Source: Eledone cirrhosa (Eukaryota). From it: a stretch of 64,000 bases of DNA. The position numbers were made by a program, and so were the translations under genes. This document shows positions 41,862 to 55,716 of the stretch, piece after piece. Under the pieces are notes generated by a model. It did no database searches. It saw only the letters and a program-made list of their open reading frames with translations, and had not been told where the DNA came from. Within the stretch, counting starts at the first letter, position 1; each line of letters begins with the position of its first letter. The stretch is taken from assembly GCA_964016885.1 (NCBI GenBank), contig OZ024742.1:155496001-155560000 (forward strand). The letters are read 5' to 3'.

Positions 41862-44717
41862 CACATATATATATGTGTGTGTGAGTGTGTGTGTGTATTT
41901 ATATATATATGTGTATATAGTCCATTCTATCGACCCCAATATATTACTCGCATATTATGTTATCGACATTGGGGAGGATGAACGACAAAGGTGATCTGGA
42001 GAGGACACCCTAAAACAAGGTATCCTGCAAAATTGTTCATCCGACGCATTACTAATTCGTCCAAATAATCGCCTTCAATCATAGAGATAATAATGCTTAG
42101 TCGGTTATTTGAGGGAAGGCGAACTTTGAGTGTATCTACCTCGGTACTGATATAGGTACACTACTTTATCAACAACGGAAGTATAAATAGAAATTTTACA
42201 TATGTAGGGTTCGAACTCAGGACGTAGAAATCCGTAACTAAATACCCAAAATCATTTTGTCCGTTACCCTACCGATACTGTTAAACCAAATACTTAATAT
42301 AGATAATAAGAGTGAAAGATATGTCTGACCTTAATACCCATGACTATACTTATATATAGGTAAAGACCAACTAAGTTGGAGCACTCAGTTAATTAATCGT
42401 ATTATGTGAGGTAACCTGAAATGTAATGTTGAATGCGTTAATGAATCACTTAGATATTGGGACCGTGTTCCTTGTCCACAACCGTTCCATGATTATAATA
42501 TAAATATGTGAGAAGTAAAGAATATGAAGAAATCATATTTTTAGTAAACCAGGTAATACGACAATGGAGGGAATGTGCCGCATAGATATTACAAGGAATT
42601 ATATTGAAACAGAAGAGAATGAATGGTAAATTAGAGAAGTATATAAGTGGAATGTTAGGAAAACTTAACGGAAGAAACATAATTAAATGAATTAGCCCCT
42701 GGGAAATATCAATATTGTGATATTGTCCGACTTTTCTTCAGCTAGCGCAAAATGAAGCGGATTAAACAGTTAGACGCACCAGAAAGCTGTTAGCAGTGCG
42801 TATTGGGTTACATCCAAGAAACAATGTTAGTAATACACAGAACAGACGTATTACTTTTGGCAATGATATAGAATGTATGAAGAAAATGACGAGAAACTGA
42901 CATGTGCAACCAGGCAGACCATTAGCGAATATATGGAAGCAGAAAACAATTTGGAAAATAATAAAATAAGATGGGAATGGGGAACAGGAATGAAAATATG
43001 TTACATGGACAATTTATGAATAAAAAAAAAAAAAAAATGAATGGATGTGCAGGCTTGAGTGAATGAGACATGGTTAAAAAAGGGAACTAATAGCCCTGAT
43101 AATTGTCTTAAATGAAGAAGAACGGTCTAGATGCAAAAGTGTAAGATGTGGGAGATAGAGAAAGCGAACGCAAAATAGAGAGAGAGAGAGAGAAAACAGA
43201 GAGATAGAGAGAGAGAGAGAATGAGAGAGACAGAGAGAGATGGGGAGAGTAGAGAGAAAGAGAGAAGAGAGAGTGACAGTCCAAATGGGAAATGTCAGAT
43301 TTGTAGAGAAGCGGTGAAATGTAAACACGTTATAGTGCGTGAATATAATTTGATTGTATAACAATATATTCATAGATGTCATTAACTGATTATGACATGC
43401 TATATAGTATAATGCATGAATGTCTCTACATCTTGGTTCTATGTCTCTTCACATGTAGGTGAGTATCTGTATATGTACGTAAATATGGAATATATATATA
43501 TGAATGTAATATATATATGTATGTATGTATATGTATGTATGTATGTGTATGCATGTGAAGCACAGCTCCGCATGTTAAAAAATGCCCTTGAGTGAGATAA
43601 AATGCTAACTTATCCAATTGGTATATAAGACAAGGATAACACACACGAGATTGAAATACGTGCTGGTACTGCAATAATTGACAACAATTTTATGAAGTTT
43701 GTGCAAGAGTGGTACGACCAACCGAACTCTGAATTCAGTAAGAAAAGTATAATAATTGGGAATTTTAGAATCGAAATTGTGAGAAAAATGTTAGGAATTC
43801 CGATGAGAAGCTGATTTTCAATGACTATTGAAATATATTGTGGGATTTCTCTATGTAAGTTGAAAATGTCATATTGGCAAGGTGTCAAAACATGTTAATA
43901 GTGGAGTAAATTATTTAAATTATTCATTATCGTATTGATATAAGACATGACAGGAGAATTGAAGCAAGGGAAATAAAAAAAAATCATTGAAAGTGTATCG
44001 GGGTAACATGATATATATATATATATGGGTGTGTGTTCGTGCGCGCGCGTACGCCCCCCCCCCCCCCCCTCCACACACACAGGAAGGTGTGTATGTATGT
44101 ATGTGTATGAGAATGTACTTCTATGTATGAGTGTAAACAAAAGGAGATAGTACTCAATAGTTGAAGTAGAACTAACGTATATTCGAAAAATATCAGTTGC
44201 ACCCAAGATATGAAATTGTGGCTTTTCAAATATGATTACAAAACGAATGTGAAATATCAGAAGATTTGTAACTCCCCATGAAACCTGTAGGTTTATCATC
44301 TGTTAAGTCAATTTATATGGAAGTGTTTCATCTTTGTGGACAATGCAGCTGTGGTATATGTGGTTCACTTGTTTACATTGGGCACTTAAATGAAACAATA
44401 TCGTCGTTAACTAGAATGTTTTGCTGAATCTCTCAAAATTGTGTAGATTTCTAGGCAATGCCATACATTAAACAAGATAGGGTTCGTCTCATTGTTTCTA
44501 CTGTGGTATATAAATGTAAGTTTTATATCTATATAGACAGGATTTTCTCTGAAGACACTATGGGCTTGTGTATCTTAATAATCAAGGGTTACTTTATTCC
44601 AGATGGGACAGACTGAACACATACACACACACATACGCTCTCACGCATACATACATAACACACACGCACACGCACACACGCGCACGCACACACACATGTA
44701 TATATATACACACACAT

Positions 44718-44748
<31 letters not shown>

Positions 44749-44753
<5 letters not shown>

Positions 44754-45119
44754 AAAAAGAGATGAAATCGAAAATGCAACTGAAGTCTTATTTTTTTAAA
44801 AAATATATATATTTATTTGGTTCCTTTACCGGTTTCGCAGTTCTTCTGCTTTTCAAAAGGTGAGTTGAGATGGAGGGTCTGTGGTTTTTCTCACATATTT
44901 GGTTTTCTCCGGAGATGTGAGAAAAACCACAGACCCTCCATCTAAACTCACCTTTTGAAAAGTAGAAGAACTCCGAAACCGGTAAAGGAACCAAATAAAT
45001 ATATATATTTTAAAAAAAAATAAGACTTCAGTTGCATTTTCGATTTCATCTCTTTTTCTTTATACTTTCACTCGTGTAGGACACCTCGGTTATTTTTCAT
45101 TTTGTAAAAAAAACCTCAC

Positions 45120-45128
<9 letters not shown>
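44749..45128. mobile_element. Fold-back element retaining the 3' half of a hammerhead
   Basis: 44749-44896 is inverted relative to 44915-45063; contains ctcc GAAA ccgg TA aaggaacc (stem III ACCGGT, GUA) but no CUGANGA. Confidence 0.75.
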
Positions 45129-45179
<51 letters not shown>

Positions 45180-45420
45180 CAAAGAGAATAGAATGCAAGT
45201 TTCCAATATATTTATTTAATATTGCACAATTAAAAAATACGTATTTCTATGGATCACATACGTTATCAGGCCATGAAGCCAAACAATCGTCAGGTGTAAT
45301 GGACACATAAGATTTAAAAGGTCTAGGAAAGTAATCTCTATTTGGTCACAGCAAACAGCAATATAGAAACAAAGAATCGATAAGGAGGCTGTTCGCCCAG
45401 CGATACAAAGACAGATTGTC

Positions 45421-45497
<77 letters not shown>

Positions 45498-45579
45498 TTA
45501 AAGGTTAAACGAGGTTCAATGAATAAATAAATGAATAAAGTTTTACAATAGATTAGAAGCACTCCACATATTTGGTTTT

Positions 45580-46035
45580 CCGGAGTTATTAATATTAATT
45601 CAAAATATAAAAAAATATAGACATTCGTGTGATTAGTTATATATTGTTATGCATATTTCAGAGGTACTGAGCTATCTTCAACAGTACGTCCTCATCAGAT
45701 AAAATAGGATGATGCTTGACATACCTTGACTAAGTAGATGGTTAAAATTCAGTCATTCAGAGGTACTGAGCTATCTTCAAAAGTACGTCCTCATCAGATA
45801 AAATAAGATAATGCTTGACATACTTTGACTAAGTAGATGGTTAACATTCAGTCATTGGCAGTCACTGCCATGACTGAATTTTAACCCTCTATTTAGTCAA
45901 GGTATATCAAGCATCATCTTATTTTATCTGATGAGGACGTATTGTTGAACATAGCTCAGTACCTCTGAAATATGTATAATAAAATATACTTGATCACACA
46001 AATGTGTATATTTGTTTATATTTTGAATTAATATA
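45580..46035. mobile_element. Family E element: two tandem minus-strand units followed by an inverted plus-strand unit
   Basis: The 45658-45756 unit is repeated at 45757-45855; 45871-46032 is the reverse complement of about 45592-45755. Confidence 0.85.
45920..45986 (+). ncRNA. Type I hammerhead motif (family E), sense strand of the Ig gene intron
   Basis: tattttat CTGATGA ggac-gtattg...cagtac-ctct GAAA tatgta TA ataaaata; perfect 8-bp stem I. Confidence 0.78.
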
Positions 46036-46077
46036 TATATATAAGAACATTTCGCTCTACATGACTGAATACAATAA

Positions 46078-46555
46078 ATGTAATCTGAGTTTTTCGAACA
46101 TTAATAACAACACTCCATTCGTTTGCAATTTTGCAAACAAGCCTCAACTTTTTTATTTGAATTTGGCAAAGTCGGCCATTTAACGCTCGGATACAGGAAA
46201 CTGACTGGCCAGTCTGGTGATATGCAAATCTGTCTGATCAGTGGATCTGCTAATATGCAGATCTGACTGATCAGCCAGTCCGCTAATATGCAAATCAGGC
46301 CGATCAATCCTTGTGTATTTTTGAAAATAGCATATATTTTCACTAGCTCTGACAGTTTGGCAGGTGCAAAGCGAGCTGTACTGATGAAGGGGGATGCCCA
46401 AAAACATTAGTGTCTGCAATTCTATTCGCATGCCAACCCAAGAGTAAGAATGAAGTGTTCATTCTACTGACATGGCTATACAATTGAGGCGTGTTTGCAA
46501 AATTGCAAACGAATCGAAAGTTATTATTAATATTCGAAAAACTCAGATTACATAT
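46078..46555 (+). mobile_element. Family F element with inverted termini, internal 27-bp tandem repeat and decayed hammerhead (46373-46422)
   Basis: 46078-46146 is inverted relative to 46484-46553; gagctgta CTGATGA agggggatgccc-aaaaa-cattagtg TC tgcaattc (GAAA mutated). Confidence 0.7.
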
Positions 46556-46583
46556 ATATGTCATATATTATTATTATTTAAAT

Positions 46584-46775
46584 GGGCAGTGGATTGGCAC
46601 TAAAGGCAGAGAGTCGGACACCATGCTTTGTAGGATAGAGTTACGAACCTTTACAATCTGAGTTCAAATCCCGCCGAGGTTAACTTTGCCTTTCATCCTT
46701 ACGGGGTCGATAAAATAATGTACCAGTAATGCCCTTGGATAATTGCTGGCCTTGTGCCCAAAGTAGAAACAATTA
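46584..46775 (+). mobile_element. Octopod-type SINE copy
   Basis: Same family as 37643-37820. Confidence 0.85.
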
Positions 46776-47431
46776 CTATTTTTTAAAATGTTTCTATATC
46801 ATTACCGACTTCCAAAAATACCTTTCTACTTCTATCCACCACTCCAGACTAAATCCGAACTCCCATATCGTCTCTACGGTTAAGCAAGCGCTCGTATCCT
46901 TAAAAAAACAAATAGATGATCATCACTTTGCTCTCCATTCTCGTTTTCATTCGGTCATAGCCCCATGCATCTCGCGTATCTTACACCCCTATGCTCTCTG
47001 CTCCCACTGCAAGTTAGGATTTATCCTCAGTTTCCAGCCTAACCCTCATACCATAGGCAATAACCTTTCAAAACTCAACGGCTTTTCAAATTGGTGTAAT
47101 TTTAAAACTTTTCTTATTTCAATTGTTTTTCTTCTTTAACTCTAATCCGTTAACATATTCCACCGTAACTGCACAACCATGCAGTTCTCTTCTATGCTGT
47201 GGAAATATGTCCACTGTACTCAAATGTAGTTCTTACTTTTATGCAATTATTTTGTCAACGTTGGTTATTTCGTTTTTCAGAATTTTCTTAAACTTCGTTT
47301 GAGAATCTGGTTTAACGTGTTCCTCAGATACACACAGACACACGCACACATTCACACACACACATCTAAACAAATATACATATTTTCATATCCAAATCTC
47401 CTTCCCTCTCTCTCCCTCTCTCTATATATAT

Positions 47432-47506
<75 letters not shown>

Positions 47507-48559
47507 CTCACACAGAAAATATATTTAGTAGATTACGATTATACATACGCCCATATTTCGGAAAAAAATGTATACAACGTCATTTTGAAATAATAAATAT
47601 CATTATTCACATAATCTCAAAAGTTGTTTGGCTAAAATGCTAAATAGTGCTAAGAAGGAAGCTCAGAGAAATTGCATTATTCCTTCACAAAACAAGTATT
47701 TGTTAATATCGTGACAGCAAGAAACAGATTTTCAATATGAATCTGAGTATTACAGATGAATAAGATTTAAAACGTTAGAAATAATATCTGTAAAGGAGAA
47801 CAGTTATCAGTTTTCAATAGTACATTAAATACATTCTAGAGAATTATGAATGACGTGATAACATATATTTTTCATTACTATTGATGCTGGTACAATTTGA
47901 ATTCAATCGTACATAATTGTTATTGAAACAGGTTAATCCTATCTTACATAGAAAAATAAGACGAAATAACTTACATAACTTATTTTCTCGCAATAAATAA
48001 TGATGCAGAGGTCGGCGTAACCTATGTTCACGACAAAGCAGATAGCATTGCAATAGTGAGTACACCTAATTCCATAGAAATTTGAGAAATTATACACGAT
48101 TTCTTATATAATAATATGGATATCTTCACAGATATTTTCATAGGTCATCACAACAATGTATAGATATACACTCGGAGTAAACATGTTTTGCCTTATAGAG
48201 GTTGCGTATGCAACACACCAATCTGTATATAATGATGCATGTCGATTTAAGCACTCAACATCATGTATTTATGAAAACAATATAACATGCATCGAACATA
48301 AGAGCATATTTGTTTCTTTGAAAAATAAAGTTGAACTTGATGAAAAATAGGCGGATATCAAAAAGGCTTATTGGGTCTACTAACGCAACAAGTGGCAAAA
48401 AATTAAGGCTCTAGCAAAGAAATATAGATCTCAGCTTAAACTTAAAATTTTAGAAATTAGTCAAGTTGAAAAGAGACCAAGCAAAAACACAAGACCAAAT
48501 CGAGACGTATACGAAAATGTATAATGATATCAACAAAGATGTGTATAAGGTATTGTATG

Positions 48560-50155
48560 GTTGATAAAACAAACTAGATGGAAAGTAAATACAATTAGGC
48601 CCAAGCTGCATCAAAACGAAACGACAGTAGAACCCTGTTCAGAATTGTTCAAGACCTGACAAATGATGTTAGGACTATGTGGGTCGTACCAGCTAAGGAT
48701 AAAAATGGTCGACTGCTCATTTCAGAAGAAAAATAGCTAAAACGATGTATGAAACAGTTCAGCGAATTGCTAAACAAACACCAACATACAACTTGATGAT
48801 AGAAGGGAAAATAAACCCCCCTGTTTTTCGAAGTTATTTATCGGGATTTTAGCAAATGAGGAAATAAAACAGGAAATCCAGGCCCAGGAGAAAACCAATT
48901 CCCCTGAATTGGACCCCATAACTGATTACCTGCTAAAATGCTGTGGAGATGCCTTCATAAACTGACATAAATTGGAATGGTAAGCCGGAATAAATGAGAA
49001 ACCTTCTGTATGGTCAAAAGGTGTTATATTCAAAGTCCCCAAGAAAGGAAGTTTTGTTGAAGCCGACAAATTGCGTGGTGTGACGTTTCTAATTATGACC
49101 CGAAATCATATTTTGGCTACTGTTGGAACCGAACCATAATATTAAAAGAGAAGGGCGGGTTTTTGAAATGGAATGTCATGTAATGACAAATATCCATTTT
49201 AAGGAAGTCTATCGAGCAATCACAGGAGTATAGAAGCCGGTAGTGCTAAATTAAGTTGACTTCAAAATAGACTTTGATAGTGTTCACCAACAGTCACAAT
49301 AGGAGACCCTCCAGATGTATGGTGCCACCGATCTGGATATTAACATTTTGAATTCACTATATCAAGACTCATGGTGCTGTGTAAATACAGAATCAAGATT
49401 TACTTTTTTCTATCTGATTGGATGTGCCACAGAGATGCATCCTATCCCCATTATTTTTTCTTGATAATCATGAGAAAGTTCTTAGATAGCTGTGGACCTG
49501 GCTTAAAATAGAGAAGAGTAAAAATGGTGGATTTAGATTTTGCTCATGACTTAGGACTTCTTAACAACCAACGTGCAGAGAAATACAGACAATGACAAAT
49601 GCCATGGTTGAACCAGCCTGAGAATAAATATATCAAAAGCAAAAACACAGAGAGTTTTCTTCAGTAATCATATGGAATTGCAGTCAATGTATAAAAGGCG
49701 ATAAACGCTTCACATATCTAGGTAGCGTCCACGGATGATAGCAACACTAAAGCTGACATAAAACAAATAATAGCCAAAGTTGCTGGAGTATTCATCAAAC
49801 TCCAATCAAAATAGCAAACAAAGTCGCTCGCATCACGACCGAAAATGAGGTTATTCTGATCAATTGTTACATCAACAAAATCGTATGCTACTATACAGGT
49901 GATGCATGGAAGAATAGCGCAGAAGTGAAACACAGATTAATACTATCCATGAAAGATGCCCCCGAAAGAAGGTAGGCATTAGATGACAAACCAAGATAAA
50001 AAGAGATATGGGAAAGGACCAAAGGGTAGGTCAACATAGACGTGGTTTTCCATCCTAAAAGAGAACTGTGGAAGTGTGACACAAAAAATGTTTTCATGCA
50101 CCAAACCAAGCCGGATGCAAAGAAAGATGGAAATGCACGGTGGCACGTTGTGGTA
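48560..50155 (+). mobile_element. Highly degenerate RTE-clade LINE RT region
   Basis: Fragmentary motifs KDKNGRLL, FSELLN, WSKGVIFKVPKKG, RGVTFL, VDFKIDFDSVH, CILSPLF, DLDFAHDL and FTYLGS in the expected RT order, with many stops and frameshifts. Confidence 0.8.
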
Positions 50156-50597
50156 ATATATATATATATAAGAGAGTATTGAAGTTTGCTTGAAGCATTG
50201 TGGAATAATAGGTAAATATTTTTTTGTCGTTTGGAAGCCTCGACAATGCAAATGGGTAAATCTCCGGGTAACAAGATCCGGTGGTGGAATCAGAGATGTG
50301 AGTGGGTGTACGTTGAGTTGCGTGGCGTGTATAAGACGTGTAGAGGAATGAAGGAAAGAGTATAAAGGATAAAATTAAAATAACAACACGAGAGAGAATT
50401 ACCTTGGGAGAGATTTAATTGTCCCTATATATTTCGGATTCACATCCATCAACTGGGTTTTTTTTTCCGGGATGGGGGAAAGGTTGTCTGTCGGAAAGGT
50501 GCGAAACGCGTCCTCCACTGTTTGTTGTTTTGAATATCTCAATTATTCAGTTGTGAAATTTATAACGAGGCTATAAATATGTATATTTACATGAACA

Positions 50598-51422
50598 TCT
50601 ATATATATATATATAAATTAAGTATGTGTGTGTGTCTGTGTGTATTACATATAGGGGCCTACATCTTACGACCGATTTTCATGAAACTTTACAGGCTCAT
50701 CGATTAATCATCGGGGAGTGTTTTCTATATAGCAGCTTATCGTTTTTTTTTTATTCAGAGGTAATTCTGCAGATAAAAATCGATAGGGGGGGGGGGGGGG
50801 GGCGTCACATTTTTTTAGGTATCGAAAAATAGGATCTTTGGCTCTAGCTCCCAGATTTTGCCACCGATTTCATTCCAATTTTAAAGCAAAATAGAATTTA
50901 TCTTTGCACATCCTGTAATAGCTTAATATTTTGTATTTATTGTTCAGGTACGGCGTGGCAGCCGGTTAAATATTCAAAAATACCACTTTTTAGACTCAAA
51001 TTTCCACTTTTTCGGCTCTAGCTCCCACATTAATCAACCTACTTTGTTAAAGTTTTACACTACGCTACAGCAGATGATTTCACGTCTTAAACTGGCTTTA
51101 CATTTTGGATCTTTTGTTCAGGAATGCCATGGCAGCCGCTTAAATATTCGAAAATACCACCTCTTCACTCGAATTTCCACCTTTTTTGCTGTAGTTCCCA
51201 CATGTTTCAACCGATTTCGTTCAAATTCGAAACTCCCTCCCTCAGCATGCCCCTTCGTCAGTCACCCGCATTCCTCAGTGATAGAGGGCATCACCACTCT
51301 CCCCGGCATGGCTTGTGTGTGGCCATAAATGAGTCATCGAGAAGAAGTCGCTAAGATCAACACCTTTTCATGAAAGCAGATATTATTTTACCTACCCAGG
51401 CAACGCTGGGTACTGTTGCTAG
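50598..51422 (+). mobile_element. Non-autonomous Helitron-like element
   Basis: A|TC 5' start (TCTATATAT...), subterminal hairpin tacccag-gcaacg-ctgggta (51393-51412), 3' CTAG|T end, no target-site duplication; internal repeats of about 174 bp. Confidence 0.75.
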
Positions 51423-51451
51423 TTTCTAATAACTTTCAACATAAATCCCCA

Positions 51452-51516
<65 letters not shown>

Positions 51517-51595
51517 ATATATATATATATATATATATACGTGTGTGTTTTGGTTTTAATAGCAAACTAGTTCGTGCTAAATTGTTAAATAATAA

Positions 51596-51925
51596 TAATT
51601 GTTTCTACTTATGGCACAAGGGCAGCAATTACCCAGTACTTTATTTTATCTGCACTGTAAGGATGAAAGGCAAAGTTAACCTCGGCGGGATTTGAACTCA
51701 GAATGGCAAACTCTATGCGGCAAAGCATGGCGAAGGCCAGCAATTTTGGGTGAAGGGGAAAGTCGATTAAATGGACCCCAGTTCATTACTGGTGCTTTAT
51801 TTGTCGACGCCGTATGGATGGAAGGCAAAGGTAACCTCGGCGGGATTTGAACTCAAATCATATTTGGGCGCAACTCTATGCTACAAAGCATGGTGTCCGA
51901 CGCTCTACAGATACTGCCACTCTAC
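51596..51925 (-). mobile_element. Two adjacent octopod-type SINE copies
   Basis: ggatg.aaggcaaag.taacctcggcgggatttgaactca at about 51661 and about 51815. Confidence 0.8.
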
Positions 51926-51926
51926 C

Positions 51927-52020
51927 GAAGAAGAAGAAGAAGAAGAAGAAGAAGAAGAAGAAGAAGAAGAAGAAGAAGAAGAAGAAGACGAAGACGATGA
52001 CGATGACGACGATAACGACG
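51927..52020 (+). repeat. (GAA)n-(GAY)n microsatellite
   Basis: Direct reading. Confidence 0.9.
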
Positions 52021-52340
52021 GGGAAAATAAGAATTATCATAAAACTGAATTTAACTTACCCTGGGTAATATAGAACACCAATGATAGAATAGTGTACGTA
52101 TGGTATATACATTCAAATAGCTGACAACTGAGTGGCTGTGGCAATGTCTGATCTTTGGGTACTTTATTTTATGAAGTTCTTAAGGAATAAACTCATAGTT
52201 GATATGAACCTGATTCAAACAGAGATGTTAAAGCGCCGAAACTAATATCACAAATGATTTGGTGCATAATCCAACAAATGGGAATACCTACACAAGCAGC
52301 TCCATTGCGTACTACTCCCATATGCTGATATTGTGTAAAA

Positions 52341-52530
52341 TAATTGATTCTACTTTTGGCACAAGGCCAGCAATTACCCAGTACATTACTGGTACTTTAT
52401 TTTATCGACCCCGTAAGGATGAAAGGCAAAGCCAACCTCGGCGGGATTTGAACTCAGACCGTAAATGGACGTAATTATGCTGGAAAGCATGGCGTCCGAC
52501 TCTCTGCCGATACAGCCAATCCACCGCCCT
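52341..52530 (-). mobile_element. Octopod-type SINE, near full length
   Basis: Reverse complement of the 37643-type consensus. Confidence 0.85.
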
Positions 52531-53933
52531 TGTGTAAAATAATGATTTAACTTCAGTTGTCTGTTTGTATACATCCAAAGTTTTTTTTAAATGTCAGATT
52601 AATCAAGATTAATCTTTCGCTTGGCGTTGTCGAGCGAAGCTTCAATGAATATTTAAAAAGAAACCTCGTATGTACATGCATAAATTCAACATAAAATAAT
52701 TTCTGTGGTTAATTCTAGACACCACTGAATTGAAGTGTGTATCGAGTGGAATCTTCAGACTGGCTGTCTGTATAATGAGGCTGAGTGTGTCTGGTTTATG
52801 CCAAGCGTTGCGGTAATTAGACACTTTCTGAAGTTGAAAATATTATTGGGCAATATGTTCTTCACGGACAGAGAGATAGCAGAATTGGAAAATACCCCGA
52901 TATTGATTTGGAAGTCTAGAAACATTTCATTGGAGCATTTTTCCAAAAATTAAATCCGACGTATTTTCAGAGAAAGTTCAATCTTTCATTGCGCACTATG
53001 TATAATTCAAAATTTTGTTTATTTACTTAATAAATTTAAACATCAATATAGACCTAGAATGTCAGTGAAGTATCTAATACGATGTAGGCTAAGTAAAACA
53101 AAAAAAAAGATTGAATGGGCAAAAAAATGAAAAGGCCCACATGAAAGAATGAAGAATAAATGAGATTAATAAGAGAAAAATAAGGGCATATATGAAGCAA
53201 CTAAAAGTTTTGCTTTTAGAATTTTTCGTACACTTCGTGTAGTGAAATATCTTGTTGGTTGATCACTGACAATATATTGCATCGCTTATCTGGGTAGATG
53301 TTTTACTTTACTTTAAACAACCATATGTCAGGATCTTTGGAATTACACAATGGCAGAGATATTTAAATCAAAATAACAACATTTTAAAATGCACAGACCT
53401 ATAATTCGCTATCATTACATTAAACACTGAAAATATGTAAAATATTAAAATTCCGTACTTGACTATATCTTCTATTAACGGAGCACATATATATCATATG
53501 TTTTTATCTAATTTTATTTCTTTTTGAGAAATCCATTACTATTTCGGTTTGGAAAAGAATAATGTACATGTATGTACAGTGCTGTATGTAGTGCCTTACA
53601 CTATTTACATGTGATTCTTAATTTTCTTGTTTCTAATTGTGCGTTGAGTCAGAGAAGACTAGAACTAGTTATTAATTGGAGTGTCTGTTATAAATAAACG
53701 TGTCATTGCCTGTAATAGAACGGTTTTAGCATAGTAAGATCTTATATAAATGTGAGGGATTAAATATTGACCTTACTTCCCATTGGCTAGTAACATACAA
53801 ATGTGAAATATTTAGTCGAATTAACGATAGCTACTGACCTACATTTCATATGCCTCGGAAAATCAAAAATTAGGTATGGTCATTGCTGTTTTATACCTGA
53901 CAAAAGATAAAACATTGAAAAGTACACAGAATA

Positions 53934-54112
53934 TAATTGTTTCTACTTTAGGCACAAGGCCAGCAATTACCCAGTACGTTACTGGTACTTTATTTTATCG
54001 ACCCAGTAAGGATGAAAGGCAAAGTTAACCTCGGCGGGATTTGAACTCAGACTGTAAAGGGACGTAACTATGCTAGAAAGCATGGTGTCTGACGCTCTAC
54101 CGATTCTGCCAA
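53934..54112 (-). mobile_element. Octopod-type SINE
   Basis: Reverse complement of the SINE consensus. Confidence 0.85.
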
Positions 54113-54133
54113 CAGAATAAAATGACATTATAT

Positions 54134-54313
54134 TTGGCAGTATCGGTAGAGGGTCGGACGCCATGACTTGAAGCATTGAGTTACCTCTCTTTATGATCTG
54201 AGTTCAAATCCCGCCGAGGTTAACTTTACCTTTCATACTTACGGGGTCGATAAAATAAAGTACCAGTAATGCACTGGATAATGTCTGGCCTTGGGCTAAA
54301 AGTAGAAACAATT
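54134..54313 (+). mobile_element. Octopod-type SINE (head-to-head with previous copy)
   Basis: Matches the SINE consensus. Confidence 0.85.
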
Positions 54314-54782
54314 ATATATATAACGATTTAAAATCCTTTCTATTAAAGAAAATATGAACATATGTAGAGTTTACTCCGCATAATAAGATAGTGACTAGAT
54401 AGCAGTTAAAGGTATCCTAATTTCTTCCGGAAGTGAGAGAAATATTTAAGTATAGAGTGTATACAATTGGTCTGGACTTCTTAAAACTACTGCTATTAAT
54501 GTATAGTATGTATAGTTCAATGGGCATTTTCTCGTTAGTAATTACATCTGTTGGTTCAGCGTCTCATTACATTTGCAATCGATGCACACATTTAGGATAT
54601 AATTGCTGTCAAATGCATATCTAAATCAATTTAAATGTCAAACACATTATATAATACTAGAATATACGTTATTTACTGATCATTTGAACATTGTACATGG
54701 ATGCTTATATCCACACCTCCCTCGCATGTAGACACATACACATATATAATACTGGTACAGCACACTCATCCACACACACACA

Positions 54783-54838
<56 letters not shown>

Positions 54839-55682
54839 CATGTGTGTGTAATACGTCTGTTATATTGGAAAATCCATGAATTTGATTTCCGGAATGGAGC
54901 TGAGGTTCGTTTTTGTACAAGTTATATTATTTTACGTTTAATTTTCCTAAGATTCAAGATAATGATGCAATGCTTCTGTATTGCTCAGTTCCTTTAACTT
55001 CATGAACAACCAGGTTCTTGTCTCACGCCGAATGTCCGCCGATGTACTGTGCAATAAACTAGCTGCGGATGATGAAGGGGAAGTTGAATAAATCAGCCTC
55101 ACTGCGCAAATAGCACAGTATTTTGTCGACCTCACAAAGGTTAGAGGCAAAGTTACCCTCAATGAAATTTGAATATATTAATGCAGAAAAAATAGGACCA
55201 AGGGCATTTTATCCGAAACTGTCAATTCTGCCATTACTCCACATTCCATCGGTGAAAATGTTTACCTCTCAAATCCATGAATACTTAATATGCATATATA
55301 TATATTTTTTTTCATGCTTCCGATAATAAAAAAAAAATGCTCCTATTGGTTTTCACTTCAATTAATTATACATTAAAAGATGGAGTAGGACAGAACAAAT
55401 GTGAGACAAAAATAAGGAGGTCACAGAATATGTGACGAAAGAGCTTTGAAAATATATAAACAGTCAACCGGATATTTTATATAAACAGTCAACCGGATAT
55501 ATAAATAGTCAACCGGAATTTTATAATAAATAGAAGTGAAAACCAAGGTACGTGTATTTTTATTGGGAGCATGACCCCCCCCCCCCCCAAGTATTACAAT
55601 ATCTATTTTAACACGTTGCCAGATAATAAATATTGCAAAACAAACTGAGTAACGAAGTATACACACACACACACGCACACAC

Positions 55683-55714
<32 letters not shown>

Positions 55715-55716
<2 letters not shown>

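Noticed and set aside
51771-52073. ORFs with poly-E/poly-K
   Set aside because: Antisense SINE sequence plus a (GAA)n microsatellite.
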